From: Clostridia bacterium
GTDB lineage: Bacteria > Bacillota > Clostridia > UMGS1883
DNA: 41,933 nt
Assembly (NCBI GenBank): GCA_017547445.1
Contig: JAFYPR010000033.1
Location: 1 to 41,933, forward strand
Reading direction: 5' to 3'
Numbering within the stretch: position 1 is the first letter of the stretch; each line of letters starts with the position of its first letter. The notes beneath the pieces are model-generated. The model saw nothing but the letters and a program-made list of their open reading frames with translations. It did not search any database and was not told the origin of the DNA. Shown piece after piece: positions 19,383-27,887 of this stretch. The position numbers and the translations under genes were made by a program.

Positions 19383-19556
19383 AAAAAGAGGCAAAGCCTC
19401 AATGTCATAAGTTAGCATCTCGTATTTTTAGTCATTTCGGGACTGTCCCAACAAAACCCGCAAGGTTTCTTTGGTTTGTCGTCTCCCGACGAACCAAAGG
19501 GGGACTGTCCCAAATGGCTTTTCTTACTTTAATGACATCAGGCAAAGCCTCTTTTT
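19383..19556. mobile_element. MITE-like 174-bp element with ~25-bp terminal inverted repeats (non-coding)
   Basis: The left end is aaaaagaggcaaagcctcaatgtcat (19383-19408). The reverse complement of the right end (19532-19556) is aaaaagaggctttgcctgatgtcat. The interior holds two GGGACTGTCCC palindromes and two hairpins. Confidence 0.5.
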
Positions 19557-21108
19557 ATTTTGTCAATTTAAATTTTTCCATACTCTTAAACTTAAACATA
19601 TCCTCTTTCACAAACAGATTAATACTCCAGTTGTAGCCTGTCTCTTTCCATTCAAGGATTTTTCCGCTTCCCGTAATATGCGACCAGCAGGATACACTCT
19701 TTGTAAAATCGCCATCGTTTTCACTGTTATTTCCCGCGCCCACAAGGATATCGCTTTTTTCCTCCACGGTGTATTTTATGTATAAATCAACCCCATCCTT
19801 TACCTCTAAGGGTTCGTCCGGAAATAACATATAATAGCCTTTTTCCGCAAACTTCCAACTGCGTGCCCTTTCACCTGTTTCAATATCCTTCAGAACTATT
19901 CTGTTATTCGCCAGCTGCCCCTTGTTGAATATTTTCAATTTCTCTTCTCTGTCGGTGTCAATTATAACCTCCACCGTCGCATTTGTATCACATACATATA
20001 TACCTATCGCTTCAATCGTGCCTTTCACATTATCGAACCGTTCTGCAAGGCATACCCCATAGCCTACAGAGGGAAATCTTACGCCCCTCATAATGCCCTT
20101 TTGCGCATGGGTTTTAACCTTGTAAGAGGGCAGATACTCAAACTCATATGCCGTGGCATTACGTCCGAAGCAAGGGTCCATGTAGGATATATACTCATAC
20201 CCCCCGTTGCCGAAATTTTCACCCCAGCTGTTTTTCACAATCCACGCACCATCCCTGATTGCAACCTCATCCCCCTTTTTTGACATGGGGATATCTTTAA
20301 AATTCGAGAACGAATAATTATCGTCCCATCCCACAACAGTTACGGTGTGGTTTGCGCTCTCAACAAACGAGTAGCCGTCATCCGTCTTAATAACGCGGTT
20401 CCCGTCAGGTGTTGTGCCTCCGGCAAAATCCTCCCACGGCGCACAGTAGGCTCCCGTTGAAGGGTTATAATAAGTCTTTTGGTCTCTTTCATAAGCACAG
20501 TAGCTTGCTGAAACTGCGCCGTATTTTTTTATGGCATCCTTAATGCGGGTTATAACACCTTCGTTTTTGTCAAATTCTATACCATCCTCACCAAAGCAGA
20601 TATAGCTGCTTCCCTCTTTTTTGTCGGTTATAAAATGTGCACGTGTTAAATAAGCCTCTTTTTTCGGTGGAAACAACAAAAAATAATCCGTCTTTTTTTG
20701 GTTATAAAATCCGTACAAATCCTTTTGGAATTCCCTCATCTTTACAGGGCCCGAAAAAACACCCCTTGCAAAATATGCCGTTGCACTCTCTCGGTTTCCT
20801 CCGTCCGTATGGCTTCTGGTGTAAGCATTAAACGCCTCGTTTTTTGTTATATTCATACACGCCGCCATATGATAGGGCGAAAAACCGCTATTCTCATCTT
20901 TAAAGGATACCTTTTCATTTACCGCCATAGAATGCTCTGCCGCATCAATTGCCGCGAAGCTCCAGCAATCGGGGTTTTTCCCCTGGTCCTTTACACGGGG
21001 CATAAGCTCAGAATAAACCTCATCGCTGTTATAATAATCCTCGGCATGAACGCAAAAAGAGAGCGTAAGGATACAGATTAAAACAGATGCAAATACTTTT
21101 TTAATCAT
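19555..21108 (-). CDS. Secreted papain-like (C1 family) cysteine peptidase with a C-terminal extension
   Basis: Signal peptide MIKKVFASVLICILTLSFCVHA. Catalytic motifs 'QGKNPDCWSFAA', 'HTVTVVGWDD' and 'WIVKNSWG'. Start is ATG 21108, preceded by GGGAG. Confidence 0.85.
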   Translation of the reverse strand: MIKKVFASVLICILTLSFCVHAEDYYNSDEVYSELMPRVKDQGKNPDCWSFAAIDAAEHSMAVNEKVSFKDENSGFSPYHMAACMNITKNEAFNAYTRSHTDGGNRESATAYFARGVFSGPVKMREFQKDLYGFYNQKKTDYFLLFPPKKEAYLTRAHFITDKKEGSSYICFGEDGIEFDKNEGVITRIKDAIKKYGAVSASYCAYERDQKTYYNPSTGAYCAPWEDFAGGTTPDGNRVIKTDDGYSFVESANHTVTVVGWDDNYSFSNFKDIPMSKKGDEVAIRDGAWIVKNSWGENFGNGGYEYISYMDPCFGRNATAYEFEYLPSYKVKTHAQKGIMRGVRFPSVGYGVCLAERFDNVKGTIEAIGIYVCDTNATVEVIIDTDREEKLKIFNKGQLANNRIVLKDIETGERARSWKFAEKGYYMLFPDEPLEVKDGVDLYIKYTVEEKSDILVGAGNNSENDGDFTKSVSCWSHITGSGKILEWKETGYNWSINLFVKEDMFKFKSMEKFKLTK

Positions 21109-21137
21109 ATCCTTACGCTCCCTTTTTATTGTCATTA

Positions 21138-21365
21138 TCAGAATAAGCCTTTTTTAATCTTAATTTCAGTACACTTGAAGCCTGTTCTTTCAACGCAGTC
21201 AGAAAGAGCAGAATCAATGACATTACCCTGAAGCTTTAATGTAGCACACTTCTTTTTAAGGTCAATTTTGCAACTGTCCACGCCCACCATATTCTCAAAG
21301 GCTTCCTTCATACTTTTTGCACAGCCCTCGCACATCATGCCCTCAATATAAACTATCTTCTTCAT
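21138..21365 (-). CDS. Heavy-metal-associated (HMA, CopZ-like) domain protein
   Basis: 75 aa with 'GMMCEGCAKS' (GMxCxxC). Confidence 0.8.
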   Translation of the reverse strand: MKKIVYIEGMMCEGCAKSMKEAFENMVGVDSCKIDLKKKCATLKLQGNVIDSALSDCVERTGFKCTEIKIKKGLF

Positions 21366-21452
21366 AATCTCACCGCCTGCATCAATTTATTCGATTATAT
21401 CATAAAATTCCTCCGATTTCAATAGAATAATAAGAGTTTTGGAGTGAGTTTT

Positions 21453-22004
21453 TTGAAGCATAAAATTTACATACATCCCTTTACCATCCCGCTTTTTGTA
21501 CTTGCGGGCATGACAAATTACGGTTGCAGATTTTATATCCTGTACCTTTTCATTCTTCTGCACGAAATATCCCACATGACTGCAGGGCTTATTTTAAAAG
21601 AAAAGGTTTCAGCAATAAAGCTTATGCCCTGGGGTTGTATTCTTTGCCTTTCATCAATCCCCAAAAGAAAAAGCACAATACTTATAGCCCTTGCAGGTCC
21701 CGTTTTTAATCTTGTAATGTTTTATATGGGCATTTTCCCTCCGGAAAACCTGTCTCTTGCCTTGTTTAATCTTATTCCCGTCCTGCCCCTTGACGGAGGC
21801 GTAATAATAAATGCACTTTTTACAAAAGGCGCATTTTTTATCTCCTCCGCCTTTATTGTGATTATATGTATTTTATGCATTTATTTCCGTCTTCCCCTTT
21901 ATTTGCCCATCATTCTTGCCGTCCTTTTGATAACAGGCGAAAAAAACCGTATGGACAGAAACCTTTCAGCCAAAATTATAGGATATTTTAAGAAAGAATC
22001 ATAA
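21453..22004 (+). CDS. M50 (site-2 protease) family membrane metallopeptidase
   Basis: 'LLHEISHMTAG' (HExxH), 'NLIPVLPLDGG', and multiple hydrophobic helices. The start is uncertain: TTG 21453 lies 8 nt after GGAG, and GTG 21444 is the alternative. Confidence 0.7.
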   Translation: MKHKIYIHPFTIPLFVLAGMTNYGCRFYILYLFILLHEISHMTAGLILKEKVSAIKLMPWGCILCLSSIPKRKSTILIALAGPVFNLVMFYMGIFPPENLSLALFNLIPVLPLDGGVIINALFTKGAFFISSAFIVIICILCIYFRLPLYLPIILAVLLITGEKNRMDRNLSAKIIGYFKKES

Positions 22005-22012
22005 TCTTTTTG

Positions 22013-22041
22013 TTGAAAACAAAGGAAAAAAATTATATAAT
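22013..22041 (+). promoter_or_regulatory. Sigma-70-type promoter of the radical-SAM/ligA gene string
   Basis: TTGAAA (22013-22018), 17-nt spacer, TATAAT (22036-22041). Confidence 0.7.
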
Positions 22042-22076
22042 ATATTCTGTAAGATTATGCGAAAGGAATTACTTGT

Positions 22077-23915
22077 ATGCTTAATATAGACAACATTCTT
22101 AAAAACGTACAGAAGCCCTCTGCCTACACAGGCGGCGAATTGAACAGTGTGGTTAAAAATCCCTGCGATGTCCGCATCCGTTACGGCTTCTGCTTTCCCG
22201 ATACATACGAGGTAGGCATGAGCCATCTTGGCATGAAAATACTCTACCACGTATTAAACCTCCGTCCCGACACATGGTGCGAAAGGGTTTTTGCCCCCTG
22301 GGTTGATATGGAGGAGGAAATGAGAAAAACCTCCACCCCCCTCTTTGCCCTGGAGAGCCGTGAAAGTGTCCGCAATTTTGACTTTTTAGGCTTTACTCTG
22401 CAGTATGAAATGTGCTACACAAATATTTTGAATATGCTCGACTTAGCAGGCGTGCCCCTTCTTTCAAAGGACAGAAAGGAAGGCGACCCCTTTGTAAATG
22501 CAGGCGGTCCCTGTGCCTATAACCCCGAGCCGCTGGCTGAAATCTGCGACTTTTTCACCATGGGCGAAGGCGAAGAGGTTATAAACGAATTGATGGATGC
22601 CTATATCGAATGGCAGAACGAAGGCGGAAAGAGGATTGATTATTTAAAGAAAATTGCAAAAATCGAAGGCATCTATGTCCCCTGTCTTTATGATGTGGAA
22701 TACAATGAGGATAACACCATTAAATCCTTTACTCCCAACTGCCCCGAAGCACCCCAAAAGGTTACAAAGCGTATTATAGGCGAGCTTGACACTGTTACCT
22801 TCCCCGATAAATTTATCGTACCCTATACAAATATCGTTCACGACAGAATTTCCATCGAAGTATTCCGCGGCTGCATACGTGGCTGCAGATTCTGTCAGGC
22901 AGGTATGATTTACCGTCCCGTAAGAGAAAAAAGCTATAAAACCCTCACCGAGGATGCAATAAAATTAATAAACTCCACAGGCTATGAGGAGCTTAGTCTC
23001 TGTTCACTTTCAACAAGCGACTATACAGAATTTCCCCTTCTTGCCGAGGAGCTGTTAAAGGTAACGGAGAAGGAAAAAATCGGTCTTTCCCTTCCCTCCT
23101 TGAGAGTGGACAACTTCTCACTCGATTTAATGGAAAAGGTGCAGAAGGTACGTAAAACAGGTCTCACCTTTGCTCCCGAGGCAGGCACACAGAGAATGCG
23201 CGACGTTATAAACAAGAACGTAACAGAGGAGGATTTGCTCCGCAGTGCCCGTCTTGCCTTCGAAGGCGGATGGACAACTATTAAGCTGTACTTTATGATT
23301 GGTCTCCCCTATGAAACAGACGAGGATATTTTAGGCATTGCCGACCTTGCCCATAAGGTTGTGGAGGAATACTATAAGGTAAGTCCCAACAAAAAGAGAC
23401 CCCCAAGCATCAACTTAGGTGTATCAAGCTTTGTTCCCAAGCCCTTTACCCCCTTTGAATGGGCAAAGCAGAATACGAAGGAAGAATTGCGGCGTAAGCA
23501 GCAGCTTTTAAAAAATGCCATCACAAACCGCCACGTAAAATACAGCTATCACGAAAGTGACGTAAGTGTCCTTGAAGGCATCTTTGCCCGTGGCGACAGA
23601 AGGCTGAACCGTGTTCTTATGGAAGCTCATAAATCAGGCTGTAAATTTGACTCCTGGAACGAAACCTTCAGCGTTGAAAAATGGTACGAAGCCTTTGAAA
23701 AAGCCGGTGTGACCCCCGATTTCTATACCCGTGAAAGGGATTACGACGACCTCTTCCCCTGGGATTTTGTAGATATCGGCGTAACGCGCGACTTTTTAAA
23801 GAGAGAAAACGAAAAGGCAAAGGAAGCGTCCACAACGCCCAACTGCCGTGAAAAGTGCTCCGGCTGTGGTGCCAATAAGCTTTGCAAAGGAGGAATATGC
23901 AGTGTCACAAAATAA
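22077..23915 (+). CDS. B12-binding-domain radical SAM protein (TIGR03960-like)
   Basis: Radical-SAM cluster 'CIRGCRFCQAG'. The N-terminus 'LKNVQKPSAYTGGELN' is typical of this family. Confidence 0.8.
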   Translation: MLNIDNILKNVQKPSAYTGGELNSVVKNPCDVRIRYGFCFPDTYEVGMSHLGMKILYHVLNLRPDTWCERVFAPWVDMEEEMRKTSTPLFALESRESVRNFDFLGFTLQYEMCYTNILNMLDLAGVPLLSKDRKEGDPFVNAGGPCAYNPEPLAEICDFFTMGEGEEVINELMDAYIEWQNEGGKRIDYLKKIAKIEGIYVPCLYDVEYNEDNTIKSFTPNCPEAPQKVTKRIIGELDTVTFPDKFIVPYTNIVHDRISIEVFRGCIRGCRFCQAGMIYRPVREKSYKTLTEDAIKLINSTGYEELSLCSLSTSDYTEFPLLAEELLKVTEKEKIGLSLPSLRVDNFSLDLMEKVQKVRKTGLTFAPEAGTQRMRDVINKNVTEEDLLRSARLAFEGGWTTIKLYFMIGLPYETDEDILGIADLAHKVVEEYYKVSPNKKRPPSINLGVSSFVPKPFTPFEWAKQNTKEELRRKQQLLKNAITNRHVKYSYHESDVSVLEGIFARGDRRLNRVLMEAHKSGCKFDSWNETFSVEKWYEAFEKAGVTPDFYTRERDYDDLFPWDFVDIGVTRDFLKRENEKAKEASTTPNCREKCSGCGANKLCKGGICSVTK

Positions 23916-24540
23916 TAACTTCTATGTCCGCTACAAAAAGTACGGCAGGGCAAAATACATCTCCCATCTTGACATGGTAAGAGTATTCAACCGTGTATTC
24001 CGCCGCGGCAGCATCCCCGTTGCCTATTCCGAAGGCTTTAACCCCCATCCGAAGATTTCATTTGCACTTCCCTTATCCGTTTTCTACGAGAGCGAATGTG
24101 AAATCATGCTTTTTAGTGTAACCGAAGATATTACCTCCGATGAGCTTTTTAAAAGATTTTCGGCAGTTTTTCCCGAAGGTCTGGAGGCAATCGAGGTGAA
24201 AGAGGGCAAGCCCGACATAAAGCATCTTTCCTACTGCCTTTACAATGTATACTGCAGTCTTCCTTCTCAGACAGAGCTTGACGCATTTTTGTCATTAAAG
24301 GAAATGATTGTACCCAAAAAGACAAAAAGCGGTATAAAGGATACGGATATCAGGCGCGATGTTGCAGATATTAAGCTTGAAGAGGACTGTATGAGTATGC
24401 TCCTTAGCGCAGGAAGCAATGCCAACTTAAAGCCCGACGTTGTTATAAAAGCCATGAACAAGTATATCGAAGGCTATTCTTCGGGTGATACGGAATACCT
24501 CAGAAAATCAATCTATACAGACGATATGGTGGAAATTTAA
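23902..24540 (+). CDS. Radical-SAM-associated DUF2344/TIGR03936-like protein
   Basis: 'YVRYKKYGRAKYISHLDMVRVFNRVFRRGSIPVAYSEGFNPHPKISFALPLSV' is the family N-terminus. I chose GTG 23902, 9 nt after AAGGAGG, giving a 14-nt overlap with the upstream gene. Confidence 0.75.
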   Translation: MSQNNNFYVRYKKYGRAKYISHLDMVRVFNRVFRRGSIPVAYSEGFNPHPKISFALPLSVFYESECEIMLFSVTEDITSDELFKRFSAVFPEGLEAIEVKEGKPDIKHLSYCLYNVYCSLPSQTELDAFLSLKEMIVPKKTKSGIKDTDIRRDVADIKLEEDCMSMLLSAGSNANLKPDVVIKAMNKYIEGYSSGDTEYLRKSIYTDDMVEI

Positions 24541-26508
<1,968 letters not shown>

Positions 26509-26559
26509 CTTGCTAAAGTAAACTACGAGCCACGTTTGGTGCAGACCACATAGCACTCA

Positions 26560-26735
26560 TCGATATAAATCTCTTACGAGATTTTCGATATGTTCTATTA
26601 GAACTCGATATGCCTATCGGCTCGATATGTTGCCTTACGGCAACGAGATTTATATCATATCGAAAACGAGTACAGCGAGTTTATATCGAATTTTGCGAAG
26701 CAAAATATATCGAACACGCAAAGCGTGTATATCGA
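26560..26735. repeat. Convergent heptamer array: 4x TCGATAT then 4x ATATCGA, interleaved with variable short hairpins
   Basis: TCGATAT starts at 26560, 26585, 26605 and 26622. ATATCGA starts at 26657, 26683, 26707 and 26729. Six of the seven spacers are perfect 4-7-bp hairpins, each with a different stem. Confidence 0.85.
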
Positions 26736-26751
26736 CTAAGGAGACTTTATT

Positions 26752-27102
26752 ATGGAAAACAACAAAAATATATTAAGAGAAGAAACCATAAATTTTGCAA
26801 TAGAAATATCTGATATTTGCGATAATATTAAAGGTTGTTCGGTATACATTAATCAGCTTTTAAGATGTTCTTCGTCTATTGGTGCAAATCTTCATGAGGC
26901 AAAATATGCTCAAAGTAAAGCAGATTTTATCAATAAGTTAGAAATTGCGTTAAAAGAAAGTTATGAAGCAGAGTATTGGTTGGAATTGTTATTTCGTAAA
27001 AAGAAACTTGACGAAATTACATACAAAACTTTAATAAACAAATGCGGAACAATACGAAGAAAGTTAATTGCATCTGTGACCACAGCAAAAAAGAAGCAAT
27101 GA
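26752..27102 (+). CDS. Four-helix-bundle protein (23S rRNA intervening-sequence protein / Avd-like family)
   Basis: 116 aa with 'SSSIGANLHEAKYAQSKADFINKL.IALKE..E..YWLELL', the family hallmark. RBS is AAGGAG. The coding region is AT-rich. Confidence 0.8.
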   Translation: MENNKNILREETINFAIEISDICDNIKGCSVYINQLLRCSSSIGANLHEAKYAQSKADFINKLEIALKESYEAEYWLELLFRKKKLDEITYKTLINKCGTIRRKLIASVTTAKKKQ

Positions 27103-27146
27103 ACTGTTTTGTGTCGTTGTTTTTTTGGTAGAAAGGACAAAAAAGT

Positions 27147-27788
27147 ATGAAGTGTCAATTTTGCAATAAGTATGCTGGATTTATGAAAGGCTTTCATTCG
27201 GAATGTAAATCTAAAGCAGAAAAGTGTATGAAAGCAATTCAACATATTGTCAATGTATATAATCAAGATGGCATAGATTTTGTTGATGCCAGGCAGGCAA
27301 TTATAGATTTAATAGCTTCTAATGAGTTTTATTATAACTATCTTGGAAATTGTGTACACACTAAAAGTGACATAAGAACTAATGAATTCTTGATACATGT
27401 TGAAACATCACTTTCTGTTTATGAATCCAAAAACAGAAAAACGATGGTGAGAACAGGTCTTTCTTATGCTCGTTATCCCAAATGGAGAATATCTTCGTGC
27501 AAAATCGAGGAAATGGCAACCGTGGCACTTACAGATAGAAGTATTTACATTATAGGAATTAACGGTGTTATGATATATCCATACAATAAAATAGTCAACA
27601 TTGGTTATGAAAATGGACACGCATATTTTGATGTCAAAACCTCTTCTTCATATCCTCACAGATTTAAAATAAAATCAACAGAGAACAAAGATTTATTAAA
27701 ACCTCAAAATATTACTTTGTTTTTAAACTTATTATGTGATTGGAACAATTCACAGTGTATCAGACCCCACCCACTTTGTTTGCATTAA
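27147..27788 (+). CDS. Hypothetical protein with an N-terminal CxxC...HxxC zinc-ribbon-like motif
   Basis: A 213-aa ORF in the low-GC island, beginning 'MKCQFCNKYAGFMKGFHSEC'. I do not recognise a family. The C-terminal half looks beta-rich, possibly PH-like. Confidence 0.55.
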   Translation: MKCQFCNKYAGFMKGFHSECKSKAEKCMKAIQHIVNVYNQDGIDFVDARQAIIDLIASNEFYYNYLGNCVHTKSDIRTNEFLIHVETSLSVYESKNRKTMVRTGLSYARYPKWRISSCKIEEMATVALTDRSIYIIGINGVMIYPYNKIVNIGYENGHAYFDVKTSSSYPHRFKIKSTENKDLLKPQNITLFLNLLCDWNNSQCIRPHPLCLH

Positions 27789-27832
27789 ATTTACTTTAGC
27801 GGAACAGGCGTGTCCCCATACCTTATTAAACC

Positions 27833-27875
27833 GTTGCAATTACCTGATCAAACCTACTAAACCCCACTAAAGGAG
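27833..27875 (+). repeat. 43-nt leader module shared with the hisB upstream region (39818-39860)
   Basis: The first 16 nt (gttgcaattacctgat) are identical. The ctaaa, cccac and aaagga blocks are also shared, giving ~35/44 aligned positions. Confidence 0.8.
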
Positions 27876-27887
27876 TGGTTACCACAA

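Noticed and set aside
19471-19785. 104-aa ORF starting in the MITE-like element and running antisense into the C1 peptidase gene
   Set aside because: It starts inside repeat DNA, is antisense to a strongly supported CDS, and has no RBS.
21387-21575. 62-aa minus-strand ORF between the HMA gene and the M50 protease gene
   Set aside because: It overlaps the M50 gene start on the opposite strand and has no RBS or recognisable family features.
26560-26735. Possible CRISPR array
   Set aside because: The repeats are only 7-8 bp, the spacers are 10-19 bp, the repeat orientation flips midway, and there are no cas genes. This is not CRISPR architecture.
26610-26813. 67-aa ORF (MPIGSICCLTATRFISYRKRVQRVYIEF...) spanning the heptamer array and running into the four-helix-bundle gene
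   Set aside because: Its repetitive 'YIE/YRK' content is just the translated repeat array. It has no RBS, and it overlaps the well-supported 26752 start in another frame.
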